From Clostridia bacterium (GTDB taxonomy: Bacteria; Bacillota; Clostridia; UBA1212; DUPL01): a stretch of 64,000 bases of DNA. Made by a program: the position numbers and the translations under genes. The notes beneath the pieces were generated by a model, which was given only the letters and a program-made list of their open reading frames with translations, made no database searches and had not been told where the DNA came from. Of this stretch, positions 17,792 to 30,890 are shown piece by piece. Location: contig JBMNIW010000012.1 of NCBI GenBank assembly GCA_050951325.1, positions 544,001-608,000 on the forward strand, written 5' to 3'. Position 1 is the first letter of the stretch. Every line of letters begins with the position of its first letter.

Positions 17792-18562
17792 ATGAGAAAA
17801 TTACTTTGTTTTGCTATCATAGTGACGGTACTGTGTCTTGGTGTTGTACATGCGGAAGAAGGTCACAAAATATATTATTTTACCGATGCATCCATTGCTG
17901 ATGCCATAAATAATTCAGAACTTACAAAAAATGCATCTGCCCAGGTGGCGGATGAAACATTGAGAATTACCTTGACCAAGGGAGCGGAAGATCCCCATTT
18001 CATGCTGCCTGTTGAAGGCATGAATGCCGTGGGCGGCGAGGACAACATACTTGCCATATGCGTCAAGACCACATTCCGAACCTTTGAGTACGATTATGCG
18101 TATGCCACCTTTGTTACTGAGGAAGGGGAGGGGGTAGTCACCGCCAACTCTTATGCGGTTACCGAGCGCTGGCAGGTAATATATTTCAGACTAGGTTCCA
18201 ACGAGAATTACAAGGGCAACCTCAAATCCATAAGAATAGATCCGTTTGAAAATGCACCCGACACGGAAGACGATTTGTTGTATCAGATTAAATGGTTTGG
18301 ATTTTTTAAGGATATTAATAGTGCAAATGAGTTTGCGAAGGATTACCTTAAGGAAATAAATCCAACGATGGCACCGGGAGAGACTGAAGTTCCTCACAAA
18401 ACTTCAACGCCACCGCCGGGATCATACGAAGATAATTCCATATGGGGATTTGTATGGACAATAGTTGCCATGCTGGCAGCCACTGTTGTCATTACTTACT
18501 TTTTGGAAAAAATGAGAAAGAAGGAAATGGAGAAAAGCAAAACGAAAAAGAAAATGCGCTAG
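17792..18562 (+). CDS. Secreted protein with CBM-like domain and C-terminal TM anchor
   Basis: Signal peptide ending VHA; DPHF, IRIDPF and IKWFGFF beta-sandwich-like motifs; TM and Lys-rich tail. Confidence 0.6.
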   Translation: MRKLLCFAIIVTVLCLGVVHAEEGHKIYYFTDASIADAINNSELTKNASAQVADETLRITLTKGAEDPHFMLPVEGMNAVGGEDNILAICVKTTFRTFEYDYAYATFVTEEGEGVVTANSYAVTERWQVIYFRLGSNENYKGNLKSIRIDPFENAPDTEDDLLYQIKWFGFFKDINSANEFAKDYLKEINPTMAPGETEVPHKTSTPPPGSYEDNSIWGFVWTIVAMLAATVVITYFLEKMRKKEMEKSKTKKKMR

Positions 18563-19725
18563 ATTGGATTATCTAATCGAATAAAGCAGCGGTATCTTCC
18601 ATCCAGTTCTTTAACTTTCTTGTTTATCCTATCAACTGCCTGGGTCTTTTCCTTGCTCGACATACTAAAAGGAACTACCAAATCAAAAAGCAGATTGACC
18701 CTGTTTTCGCCATCCGTAATCCTGAAGTCGTGGATGCTGAATTCAGGGTTTATGTTTTTTACAATTTCATTTACAATATCTCTGTATTTGCTTGTCTTTT
18801 CATCGTTCATGGATATGGGGTCCATGTGTATGACAATATCCACTCCCAGCTCCTCGTATATTTTAATTTCGGTAAGATCAATGGTTTCGTGAATCTTTAC
18901 CACACTGACATGGTCGGGGACCTCCACATGAACCGATGCAATAAAGTTTCCAGGTCCATATTCATGCACCAGCAAATCATGGAATCCATAGATTCCATCC
19001 ACATTGCTTAGAATTTCGTTAATCTTTGTCACAAGCTCGGGGCTTGGAGGCGTTCCAATCAAAATATCAATAACTTCCTTGGCAGTATCAAATCCTGACT
19101 TGATTATGATTAAAGAAACAACCATTCCTATATAACCATCTGCATTTATGTTTAGGTAATAAGAGATGAGAGTAGATACTATAACTGCGGAAGTTGCAAA
19201 CACATCATTCAAACTATCTGCTGCTGCAGTTTTCAGTATTTTTGAATTTATAAGTTTCCCCATGTATCTGTTGTAGGAAAACATCCATAGTTTTAGCAGT
19301 ACAGAGCAGGTTAGAACAACAACTAAAGCAGGATTAAAACTTATCTTTTGTGGATTTAGAATCTTTGCAAAGGAAGTTCTGGCAAGTTCAAATCCTACAG
19401 CAAAAATAATTGCAGAAACAATAAGTGATACAATATACTCTATTCTTCCGTGCCCGAAAGGATGCTCTTTATCGGGTTTCTTGGTAGCAAGTTTTGCACC
19501 AATTATAGCAAAAAGGGACGAACTTGTATCAGTAAGGTTGTTAAATGCATCGGAAATTATGGCAATACTGTGCATAGCAAAGCCGATAAAAAACTTTGTA
19601 GCAAACAATATTAGATTTATTGCTATGCCCAATGTGCCTGCAAGAAAACCATATCTTTTTCTTACATCCGGAAGATTTGTTTTTTGGTGGTTGGGAATAA
19701 ACTTTTTAATCAGTAGCTTTATCAT
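18559..19725 (-). CDS. Cation diffusion facilitator (CDF) transporter
   Basis: DAFNNLTD, PDKEHPFGHGRIEY, DSLND, HDLLVHEYGPG motifs. Confidence 0.92.
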   Translation of the reverse strand: MIKLLIKKFIPNHQKTNLPDVRKRYGFLAGTLGIAINLILFATKFFIGFAMHSIAIISDAFNNLTDTSSSLFAIIGAKLATKKPDKEHPFGHGRIEYIVSLIVSAIIFAVGFELARTSFAKILNPQKISFNPALVVVLTCSVLLKLWMFSYNRYMGKLINSKILKTAAADSLNDVFATSAVIVSTLISYYLNINADGYIGMVVSLIIIKSGFDTAKEVIDILIGTPPSPELVTKINEILSNVDGIYGFHDLLVHEYGPGNFIASVHVEVPDHVSVVKIHETIDLTEIKIYEELGVDIVIHMDPISMNDEKTSKYRDIVNEIVKNINPEFSIHDFRITDGENRVNLLFDLVVPFSMSSKEKTQAVDRINKKVKELDGRYRCFIRLDNPI

Positions 19726-19798
19726 GTTTTACCTTTCATATAAAATTACCCCAAGTATCGGAAGCCGATACCTGGGTTTGATGGAGTCTTATCCTAAA

Positions 19799-21721
19799 CT
19801 AGATTTCAAGCGCCAGTCTTGCGCCTTCCTCTATAGCATGAATCGCTTTGCGTACCTGTTTTGCATCGCCAATTACGTGAACTTCCACCTTGTCTTTCAA
19901 GTCCTCATAAAAAGGATTGTATGACACGGAACCGATTGCCATTACGATGGTATCAAAGCCTTCCAGGTCAATGGCTCCCTGCAGGTTGACGCAAGCCACG
20001 GTTCTTTCTGTTATGTTTTCAACTCTGGTATCTGTAAGAATCTCAACGCCGGCTTCCTGTAATGTCTTAAGCAGGAAGTATTTTATGTTTGGGTTAAGGT
20101 CGCTTCCAACCTGAGCCTGCATCTCGATAATTGTTGCCCTTCTGTTCTGACTTATTACGTGCTCTGCAGTCTCAAGGCCAACCATTCCACCGCCGACAAT
20201 CAATACGTTGTCTCCCAAAAATGCCTTGCCGTCCAAAACGTCGATGGCATTAACTACAGGCTTTTCGGTTGGAACAGGGCAATCCAGAGGAACGCCGCCG
20301 GTAGCAAGGACCACCACATCGGGCTCAAGAGTCATTACGCTTTCCACAGTTGCCTCTGTATTAAGCCTTATGTCAACACCATATTTCTTGCACATTGTAA
20401 TATAATAGCCAATGGCACGACTTATTTCATGCTTGTTGGGTGGAACTGCTGCAGGTATCATCTGACCGCCAAGTCTGTTGGATTTCTCCAGAAGGATAAC
20501 CTCATGGCCCCTTTTTGCAGAAAGCCATGCGCATTCAAGACCGCCAGGGCCTCCGCCTACGATAACAACTTTCTTTGCGTTCTCAGCAGGTTTTAAAACC
20601 CAGGTGCTCTCGTGTCCTGTAAATGGGTTTACCATGCAGGAAACTCCCTTATCATTAGGATCGCATCCTGGCTCTCCGTTACATCTTGTCAGGCATCCAA
20701 TACAAGGAGAGATTTCGTTTATCCTGTTTTCCTTGACCTTGTTCGGGAATTCAGGATCTGCTATAGCGGCTCTTCCAAGAGCTACATAATCAGCTGCTTC
20801 ATTCTCAATGATTGTTTCAGCAAGTAATGGATCATTGATTCTTCCAACAGCGATTACAGGTACATTAACTGACTTTTTAACTGCGGCTGCAGCCCATATG
20901 TTGAAGCCCGCCTTTACATTGGCTGGTGGAACCATCCATGGCATGCTTGCGTACACGCCGAGGGAAACGTGGATGGCATCAGCGCCTGCAGCTTCAAGAA
21001 GTTTTGCAATTGCAACTGCTTCCTCGATTTCACGGCCGCCGTGTACTTTTTCCTCACCGCTGATTCTGAAGATTACAGGGAAATCGTCACCGCATTTCTG
21101 CTTTATGTTCTTGATGATTTCAGTTGAAAATCTTGCTCTGTTGACCAAATCCCCGCCAAATTCATCTGTTCTTTTATTTGAATAGCCAGACAAAAATTGT
21201 GCTGGCAAGTATCCGTGTGCTCCATGTATCTCAACTCCGTCAAAGCCTGCTTTTTTGGCTCTTACTGCTGCATCCCCGAATTTTTCAATAATTTCATACA
21301 CTTCTTCAGTTGTAAGTGCTCTGGGGATTTCCTTGTTTACAGGACATGGAATTGCTGATGGTGCCACAGGCTGCATTCCTGTGAAATATGAATTGGTTTG
21401 TCTTCCGGAATGCTGAATTTGTAAAAAGATTTTGCTCTTTGTTTCGTGAACAGCATCCGTAAGCTTTTTGAAACCTTCAATATAGTCATCGGAGGTAATC
21501 AAAAGTTGTCCTGGGAGGGCTTTTCCTGGCAAGTCTACGCATGTAAATTCGGTAATGATAAGGCCGAATCCACCCTTTGCTCTTGCCACATAGTAGTCAA
21601 TAATCTTCTGACCTACCCTGCCGTCATCTGTTCCATGGTTTGAACCCATAGCAGGCATGACAAATCTGTTTTCCAATTTGACACTGCCTATTTTTCCTTT
21701 TGATAATACATTACTAAACAT
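19799..21721 (-). CDS. NADH:flavin oxidoreductase (Old Yellow Enzyme family, FMN/FAD/4Fe-4S)
   Basis: GFDGVEIHGAHGYL, CIGCLTRC, two GxGxxG Rossmann motifs. Confidence 0.92.
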   Translation of the reverse strand: MFSNVLSKGKIGSVKLENRFVMPAMGSNHGTDDGRVGQKIIDYYVARAKGGFGLIITEFTCVDLPGKALPGQLLITSDDYIEGFKKLTDAVHETKSKIFLQIQHSGRQTNSYFTGMQPVAPSAIPCPVNKEIPRALTTEEVYEIIEKFGDAAVRAKKAGFDGVEIHGAHGYLPAQFLSGYSNKRTDEFGGDLVNRARFSTEIIKNIKQKCGDDFPVIFRISGEEKVHGGREIEEAVAIAKLLEAAGADAIHVSLGVYASMPWMVPPANVKAGFNIWAAAAVKKSVNVPVIAVGRINDPLLAETIIENEAADYVALGRAAIADPEFPNKVKENRINEISPCIGCLTRCNGEPGCDPNDKGVSCMVNPFTGHESTWVLKPAENAKKVVIVGGGPGGLECAWLSAKRGHEVILLEKSNRLGGQMIPAAVPPNKHEISRAIGYYITMCKKYGVDIRLNTEATVESVMTLEPDVVVLATGGVPLDCPVPTEKPVVNAIDVLDGKAFLGDNVLIVGGGMVGLETAEHVISQNRRATIIEMQAQVGSDLNPNIKYFLLKTLQEAGVEILTDTRVENITERTVACVNLQGAIDLEGFDTIVMAIGSVSYNPFYEDLKDKVEVHVIGDAKQVRKAIHAIEEGARLALEI

Positions 21722-21800
21722 ACTTTTTCATCTCCTTCTAAGTATAATGTTTGAGAATGTTTATGTTGATACAGTGTATTCCAGTTAAATTGTTTGTTAC

Positions 21801-22895
21801 TTATTTAACTAGTGCCAATATTGTACCTAACATATTTGGAATGTCAATACTCTGAGGACATTTCTCCATACAATTTTTACAGTCCGTACAATTGCCTGCC
21901 TGTCTGCTGCTTTCAATATCATTAAGCCTTGCCTTAAGTCTGTCCTTATCCATGTCCAGAACATAATCGTTGTATATATCAAACACTTTTGGAATATCAA
22001 CAGTAGATGGACAATCCAGGCAGTACCTGCAGTTCGTGCAAGGTACCTTGTCTTTCTCTCGATAGATGCGTAAAGCTTTCTCAAGATACTCGTATTCTTC
22101 ATTCCCAAGAGGCTCGAAATTGTTTATTGTGTTTACGTTGTCGACAATCTGCTCCATGTTGGACATGCCGCTAAGTATGGTCTGCACATTAGGGAGGGAT
22201 GCACAGTATCTTATAGCCCAGGAAGCAATACTTTTGTCCGGTCTCAGACTCTTAAGCAAGTTGTTGGCTTTCTCTCCCAGTTCCGCAAGAGCGCCGCCTC
22301 TAACAGGTTCCATAACAATACAAGGTATATTCTTCTCCTCCAAAAGTCTATACTGGGTTTTTGCATCCTGCAGTTCCCAATCCAGATAATTTAGCTGGAT
22401 TTGCGCAAAGTCCCACTCAAACTCGTCTATGAGCTGTTTAAGCACCTGCGGAGTATCGTGGAAAGAAAATCCCAGCTTGCGAATTTTGCCTTCTTTCTTT
22501 TTCTTCATCAAGAACTCGTAACAGTTGTACTTGTAGAAGTTTGGCAGAGTACTCTGGTTGACAGAATGATAAAGATAGTAGTCGATATAGTCGGTTTGAA
22601 GACGTCTAAGCTGTTCATTGAAAATGTTGTCCAGATCCTCTTCTGTTTTTAAGGCCCAACCGGGCATTTTTGTAGCTAAAAGATAAGTATCTCTCGGAAA
22701 CTCCTTTAGAGCTTTTCCTGTAAACTCCTCACTGGTTCCTCCATGATAAAAGTATGCGGTATCATAATACGTTATACCGTTTTCGTATGCGTAATTAACT
22801 ATTTCTTTTGCTTTATCGTAATCAATGTCTTCCTTGTCATTTTGAATCCTGGGTAGTCTCATAAGTCCCAGTCCTAATTTTGATGGTTTCAACAC
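21801..22895 (-). CDS. Aldo/keto reductase with C-terminal 4Fe-4S dicluster
   Basis: LGLGLMRLP, YYDTAYFY, CTNCRYCLDCP, CTDCKNCMEKCP. Start uncertain (GTG/TTG near 22895). Confidence 0.88.
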   Translation of the reverse strand: MLKPSKLGLGLMRLPRIQNDKEDIDYDKAKEIVNYAYENGITYYDTAYFYHGGTSEEFTGKALKEFPRDTYLLATKMPGWALKTEEDLDNIFNEQLRRLQTDYIDYYLYHSVNQSTLPNFYKYNCYEFLMKKKKEGKIRKLGFSFHDTPQVLKQLIDEFEWDFAQIQLNYLDWELQDAKTQYRLLEEKNIPCIVMEPVRGGALAELGEKANNLLKSLRPDKSIASWAIRYCASLPNVQTILSGMSNMEQIVDNVNTINNFEPLGNEEYEYLEKALRIYREKDKVPCTNCRYCLDCPSTVDIPKVFDIYNDYVLDMDKDRLKARLNDIESSRQAGNCTDCKNCMEKCPQSIDIPNMLGTILALVK

Positions 22896-23041
22896 ACTCA
22901 CCCCTGTTGTCTTTTGTGTATAATATATCATTTTTTTAGTCCCTTTCCAAATATTTATTAAAAAGTTTAAAAGGGACAGACACGTTAAACTCGTCCTGTT
23001 CATATGATGTTATGTAACGGTATTATCGGAGTTGCAGATGT

Positions 23042-23698
23042 ATGAATATGACGGGTTATATACACAGCGGAAATGCTTTCCCAAAACCTCTTACATATGA
23101 AGAGGAAAAAATGTATGTCGAAAGAATGCAAAGCGGGGATATGGAAGCCCGGAATATTCTCATTGAACGAAATCTGCGCTTGGTTGCACATATGGCGAAA
23201 AAGTATGTATCACCAAACGTGAGCAATGATGATCTGATTTCTATAGGAACGATTGGACTAATAAAAGCGGTATCTACATTTGACTCTACAAAGGGCAGCA
23301 AGCTGGGAACTTATGCTGTCAAATGCATACAGAATGAAATTCTCATGTACATGAGGACCGGCAAAAAACATCAGAATGAAGTATCGCTCCATGATCCTGT
23401 AGGAATTGATCCGGAGGGCAATGAGATTACTCTGGTTGACTTGCTTTGTAATGAAGAGGAGAGTATCATAGATGAGCTTGATTGCAAATTTAAAACAAAA
23501 AAGCTCAGGGAACAAATAAAGAAAGTATTGGAAGGAAGAGAAAGGAAGGTTATCGAATTAAGATACGGTATCCTGAATGGAATTGAAAAGACTCAAAAGG
23601 AAGTAGGGAATATGCTAGGCATTTCGAGGTCCTATGTTTCCAGAATAGAAAAACATGCTCTTGAAAAACTTTACTCAAGCATGGAAACACAGAACTGA
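23042..23698 (+). CDS. sigK: Sporulation sigma factor SigK
   Basis: AFPKPL, LIERNLRLVAHMAKKY, DDLISIGTIGLIKA, GISRSYVSRIEK motifs. Confidence 0.88.
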   Translation: MNMTGYIHSGNAFPKPLTYEEEKMYVERMQSGDMEARNILIERNLRLVAHMAKKYVSPNVSNDDLISIGTIGLIKAVSTFDSTKGSKLGTYAVKCIQNEILMYMRTGKKHQNEVSLHDPVGIDPEGNEITLVDLLCNEEESIIDELDCKFKTKKLREQIKKVLEGRERKVIELRYGILNGIEKTQKEVGNMLGISRSYVSRIEKHALEKLYSSMETQN

Positions 23699-23713
23699 CT
23701 TTGGAGCATAAAA

Positions 23714-23742
23714 AAGGGTGGTTACGACAGTGTAACCACCTT
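23714..23742. terminator. Bidirectional terminator between sigK and the oxidoreductase
   Basis: AAGGGTGGTTAC...GTAACCACCTT inverted repeat flanked by A- and T-runs. Confidence 0.65.
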
Positions 23743-24780
23743 GTTTTCTTTAGCTGATTCATATATTGCAAGCACAAGTTCAACTGATTTTCTGCCTTCA
23801 TAACCGTCTACAAGGAATGATGCACCGTTGTCAATGGAGTCAATGAGGTTTGCATAAACACCTACATGGCCAAATCCATATACGCTTGTTGTGTGATAAC
23901 TTAGATTTGTGATATCCTTGTCAATTGGCATTTCTTCGTCAAACTTCCATTCAAGTATTTTGTTTAGGCCAAGTCCTCCAAGTTTAACAAATCCTTTTTC
24001 CCCAATAACAGTGAGGCTGCCTTCGTAATCGCCGATGGAGGTCAGCATTGTTACATTCATGTTGCCTATGGCGCCGTTTTCAAACCTGATAATGGCGCTT
24101 CCTGTATCTTCGGCCTCAATTTTCCTGCCCAGATGATCTATGAAAGCGGATACGTTCTTAATGTTTCCCCCGACTCTCTGTACCAGGTCTGCATAGTGTA
24201 CCGCCTGGTTCATAAAGGCTCCGCCGTCAAGCTTCCATGTACCTCTCCAGTCATCGCTGTTGTAGTAATTCTGTCCTCTGTACCAGTACACATTCGACTG
24301 GACCATGTATATCTTGCCAAAGCGATTTGCATCTACTGCCTCTATAAGGGCGGAGCATGTGGGGTTGAGCCTGTTCTGCTTTACTACAAAAAGCTTTACG
24401 TTGTTTTCCTCGCAAGCCTTTATGAGATTATCGACTTCTTCCAAATCACATCCCATGGGTTTTTCAGTAAGTACATGGATGCCTTTCTTGGCAGCCTTTA
24501 TGCCGTGTTCGGGATGCATGCCGCTAGGTGTGCATACTGCAATAACATCTAATTCTTCCTTGTCCAGCATCTCGTCCATAGATGTGTAGCAGTTGACTTC
24601 GGTTTCGTTTGTCTTGCTTATGTAACTTTCTTTTGCCAGTAGTGCCTTTTCTTCCATAATGTCGCACAAGGCAACCAATTTTATTTTGTTTTCCTTGTAG
24701 TGGCGGGCAACCGCATCAAGATGGATTCCGCTTATTCGCCCGCAACCAACGAGTGCATATCTAAGCATAAACGCCTCCAT
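23722..24780 (-). CDS. Gfo/Idh/MocA oxidoreductase (WbpB/WlbA-like nucleotide-sugar dehydrogenase)
   Basis: GCGRIS, CTPSGMHPEH, EKPM, VVKQNRLN, WRGTWKLDGGAFMNQAVH, SVYGFGH motifs. Confidence 0.85.
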   Translation of the reverse strand: MEAFMLRYALVGCGRISGIHLDAVARHYKENKIKLVALCDIMEEKALLAKESYISKTNETEVNCYTSMDEMLDKEELDVIAVCTPSGMHPEHGIKAAKKGIHVLTEKPMGCDLEEVDNLIKACEENNVKLFVVKQNRLNPTCSALIEAVDANRFGKIYMVQSNVYWYRGQNYYNSDDWRGTWKLDGGAFMNQAVHYADLVQRVGGNIKNVSAFIDHLGRKIEAEDTGSAIIRFENGAIGNMNVTMLTSIGDYEGSLTVIGEKGFVKLGGLGLNKILEWKFDEEMPIDKDITNLSYHTTSVYGFGHVGVYANLIDSIDNGASFLVDGYEGRKSVELVLAIYESAKENKVVTLS

Positions 24781-25292
24781 TATTTGTTCGTAAGGAAAGT
24801 GGGTGCGCTTTTGGGCGCTTTTCCTTTTATTACTTCATGGTAATATTTATATGTCATAGGTTCTCCATCGGTTACACAAGTATCAACGAGCTTTCCTATT
24901 AATATGTCATGAGTGTCCACGTTTATATGGTCTACAAGGTCAAAGCATAAAAAGCCCGTGCAATTTTCAAGTATTCTGGGAAGACCATTACAATCCTCAT
25001 ACTCAATTCCGCCCATTTTATCCCTGTTCCTTCCGGATGCAAAACCAAGTCTTTGTATGACTTCTCTGGGAGTATCGACGGAAAGTATGCTGATTCCATA
25101 CTTTTTTGTCCTCTTTATAACTTCATTTGTATAGCTGTCCTTGTTAAGGCTGATTGCCATATAGATAGGTTCAAAAGAAGTGACCTGAATCAGGGTGTTG
25201 ATTATACATCCTGTGGGTCTTCCGTTGTCGTTAACTGTTAGTGCATATAGTCCATATGAAATGTCGCTTAATACTTCCAAATCCAAAGTCAA
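24780..25292 (-). CDS. Flavin reductase-like protein
   Basis: ISYGLY, GCIINT, GFASGR, THDILIG, PMTYKYYH..KGKAPK motifs. Confidence 0.85.
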   Translation of the reverse strand: MTLDLEVLSDISYGLYALTVNDNGRPTGCIINTLIQVTSFEPIYMAISLNKDSYTNEVIKRTKKYGISILSVDTPREVIQRLGFASGRNRDKMGGIEYEDCNGLPRILENCTGFLCFDLVDHINVDTHDILIGKLVDTCVTDGEPMTYKYYHEVIKGKAPKSAPTFLTNK

Positions 25293-25495
25293 TCACCTTG
25301 TGTAATTAATTGTTTGAATTGTATAACTATAATCTGTATTTGTCAACCCGTTTTGTAGCAAATTTTGAGGCTTGGAGGATACAGACATGCGCTAATTCTT
25401 CAATGATGTCTGAATTGTGCATGGACTGGTACAAAATAAACTAGATTAATTCCCTAAGGTATATAGAATATGTAAAAGAAAATCAGAATAGGAGT

Positions 25496-27330
25496 ATGAA
25501 AATGAAGTGGATAGGACTACCATATGAAGCAAAAGAGAACGAAGACGTTGACTACCTATACATTGTAGGTGGTTACCATTCTGTTGATAGCGGAACAGAA
25601 GTCTGGGGCACCACCAGCTATGATAAGATAAGACTTATTGGAGATGGAATGGGTGCTATTGTAATTACATATGAAAGTGGTGCTGTGGATAAAGTGCCTC
25701 TCATATTTGGCTACACCCTTTGGTATTACAAACCCTGGAAGCTCTACAAGGCCCCCTTTGACGGACCAGGGAAGGATGAGAACATGGTAAGTCTTCTTAA
25801 CGAGGCTTTGCATCTTTACGGTGCCATTGAAGGACGTGAAGATTGCGTTCTCAAGGTTAAGCTGAGGGGCGAGAAAGTAATAAGTATAGAAGTGGAGGAC
25901 AATAAAGAAAAAGCAGGCAGTCCAGTGATAAAGGGAGCATATATAGTTTCAGGCGAAGTTAATCAGCTTACAGGCGGTATTGTATCAATCTGTACCGAGG
26001 AAGACTTTTTTAAAAGGTATGTTATTGACTCGCAAAATCCATATCCCGACAATGTAAGGAAAGCCATAGAGGAAATAAGAAAAAGGCTGTACACCTTTGA
26101 GGAAGATTACACTAAAGAACCCATTCCCTTTGAGTATGAAGAGAATTACGACGGAGTCAAAGTACGTTTTTATGGGAACAATATTGCAAAAATTGCAAAC
26201 GGTGTGTTTTATCATAATCTGAAGAATCTTTCTGAAAGAGTGGATGAAGACGGGCTTCTTCACGAATCCAGCAAAAACGCACCTGAATCCTTTGACAGCT
26301 TTGGGACATGGAAACATGACGCTGGTACATTTTATGGAAGATTCTACACACGAAACAGAAGCTTCTCTGTGCTTGCTGCCTTTGGGTACAAGGAGCTGGC
26401 GGATAGGGCTGTGGGGTATGCCAACAGAAAGATGATGTGGCTAAAGTTTGGAGAGAGACGGCAGAGTACATGAAAAAGGGAATAGAGTCATACATGCTAA
26501 GACCCGAAACCAACAAGTGGCATAGGTTTGGATTCCTGCATGACCCTGTCCTTTCAATGCTTGCAGATGTGTACGGTTTTGACAAGGATGACGTCCCGCA
26601 AAAGGATTGGCTTGAATATTCAAATAACACCTACCCCGATGATGTAAGGTCTGTGACCATTAGCGACCATCATGGAGGAAGGGGTGGTCTTGGTTACAAT
26701 CACTGCATTATGACTCAAAATGTTCTGCTTACAGACCATATGAATGATGCCACAAAGTTTGTGGAAAACCTTACTAAAATATGCTATGCCCCAAGAAGGG
26801 ACAACCCATATATCGCACCTGAGAAGTTTTCATATGATTCGGTTAATGGTCTGTATATGAAGCAGGGAGATTTGGGCAACCTTTATCAATTGGTGGAGGT
26901 GTTGAGATGCTATCGTACAGTACTGGGCATATGTTTCAGCAATGATGGAGTATTGAAAATAATCCCCAGACTGCCATACGAGTGGGGTGTGGAAATTGCA
27001 AATATGCCAATTGAAGGTACAGATGCTCATCTGGCATTAAATGTAACATACCCAAAGGATGGAGTTCAATTGGCTGTTCTTCAGCTATCCAAAGAATGTG
27101 CTGTTGGCAGGGCAAAGATCCGTTTTGGTCCTTTCCCAATGAATACAACGTCATGCAGCGTGCAAATAAATGGAAAAGATGTTGGTTGTGAGCTTGTTGA
27201 ATCAGGAGACAGCAAATGGGCAATAGTTGAGTTTGTTCCAACCGAGAGAACGGAAATTGCTGCTTTGTATGCTTGCGGTTGTACTCTGCCACAAGAGTTT
27301 AAAATTAAAGAAAACATTACCAACAGTTGA
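25496..27330 (+). pseudogene. Split gene, probable (alpha/alpha)6 glycosidase-like protein, as two overlapping ORFs (25496-26473, 26437-27330)
   Basis: The frames overlap by 37 nt and the second has no clear RBS. The second part has LKIIPRLPYEW, typical of the barrel/beta-domain junction. Confidence 0.5.
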
Positions 27331-27422
27331 TTGTCACTGAATCTTATAGGGCATAATAAATAGGAAGAATTATACATGTTATTGTACATATAATTGACAA
27401 AACGAGTGCATAAGGTGTATGA

Positions 27423-29408
<1,986 letters not shown>

Positions 29409-29503
29409 TTTTAGTTGCCGGTAATATTTATTTATGGTATACTTTGAAAATGCACCTGGAACAAGGGTTTTGGGCATGAATTAGAGTAGGAGGAATAATT
29501 TTT

Positions 29504-30856
29504 ATGGTTGTAAAATTTGAAGAGATTAGTGCAAACAAGGTGAAATTATATATAGAATCAACACCTGAGCAGGTTAAGGAGAAAATTGCAGAAGCATATA
29601 GACGCAACAGAAAAAAATACAATGTAAAAGGGTTCAGACCTGGCAAGGCTCCTCAGAAGATTATTGAGCAGTACTATGGCAAGGAAGTATTTTTTAGCGA
29701 TGCCTTTGATCTGTTTGTCAATGAGGAATATTTCAAGGCTATTGATGAGAAGAAACTTGTTCCCTATGGCGATCCAAAGATTGCCGATGTAGTAATAGAA
29801 GAGGATAAAATGGCTTTCAGCGCAGAAGTTTCAATTATGCCAATGCCTGAGTTTGGAGAGTTCAAGGGTATTGAGGTTCCCGAGTTGAGTGACGAGGTTA
29901 CAGACGAGGAGCTGGAGGCTGAAATCAAGCAGGAAATCAAAAGAAATTCAAGGCTTGTTGAGGTTACAGACAGACCGGCTCAAAATGACGACGTTTTGAC
30001 CGTTGATTTTGTTGGTACGGTTGATGGTGTTGAGTTTGAAGGCGGAAAAGCCGAAGGAGCTTCCGTTACATTGGGAGAGGGCAGATTCATTCCCGGGTTT
30101 GAAGAGCAGCTCGTTGGAGCTACTGCCGGAAGCGAAGTAACCGTTAATGTCACATTCCCTGAAGACTACTTCGGCGAAGATCTGGCAGGCAAGGATGCGG
30201 TGTTTAATGTTAAGGTACATGATGTTAAGGCTTGGGAAGAGCCTGAGTTCAATGACGATTTTGTATCTGATATCAGTGAGTTTGAGACAGTTGACGAGTA
30301 CAAACAAAGTATCAGGGAAAAGCTTATGGAAGCAAAGCGTCTTGAAAATCGCAAGATTCAGGAAGATCATGCCGTAAGGACATTGGTTGAGACTTCCACA
30401 ATTAACCTGCCTGAGGAAATGATAGAAAACAACATAGAGAGAGATTTTAACAGATTTGCTGAAAATATACAGATGTACGGCATGCAAATTGATGACTATG
30501 CCAGAATGATTGGCAAAACAGTTAATGAGATGAAGGAAGAAATGGCAGAGGAGTCCCGCAGGAGACTTTTTGAAAACTATGCATTGGTTAAGCTTGCCGA
30601 GAAGGAAGAATTGATGCCAAGTCCGGAACAGCTGGATGAGCTTATCAAGCTTAATGCAATGGAGTTTAGAATGACAGAGGAGAATTTCAGGAAGGAAATT
30701 CAAAAGAATCCTGGAATTTTAGACTATTTGGTTGAAGAAGGTATGAGAGATTCTGCAATCAAGCTGATTATGGACAATGTTGTTTACGTTGATCCTGACA
30801 AGTTTCAGGTCGAAGAAGAGGTAGAGGAAGAGAATAAAGAGGAGAAAGAGGAATAA
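29504..30856 (+). CDS. tig: Trigger factor
   Basis: GFRPGKAP ribosome-binding loop; FKBP domain FIPGFEEQL. Confidence 0.95.
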   Translation: MVVKFEEISANKVKLYIESTPEQVKEKIAEAYRRNRKKYNVKGFRPGKAPQKIIEQYYGKEVFFSDAFDLFVNEEYFKAIDEKKLVPYGDPKIADVVIEEDKMAFSAEVSIMPMPEFGEFKGIEVPELSDEVTDEELEAEIKQEIKRNSRLVEVTDRPAQNDDVLTVDFVGTVDGVEFEGGKAEGASVTLGEGRFIPGFEEQLVGATAGSEVTVNVTFPEDYFGEDLAGKDAVFNVKVHDVKAWEEPEFNDDFVSDISEFETVDEYKQSIREKLMEAKRLENRKIQEDHAVRTLVETSTINLPEEMIENNIERDFNRFAENIQMYGMQIDDYARMIGKTVNEMKEEMAEESRRRLFENYALVKLAEKEELMPSPEQLDELIKLNAMEFRMTEENFRKEIQKNPGILDYLVEEGMRDSAIKLIMDNVVYVDPDKFQVEEEVEEENKEEKEE

Positions 30857-30890
30857 ATTTAATTAAAATATATAAAAAAGGAGTGATATT

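Noticed and set aside
19799-21721. baiCD/baiH bile-acid gene call
   Set aside because: Only family-level OYE motifs are visible and there is no bai operon context.
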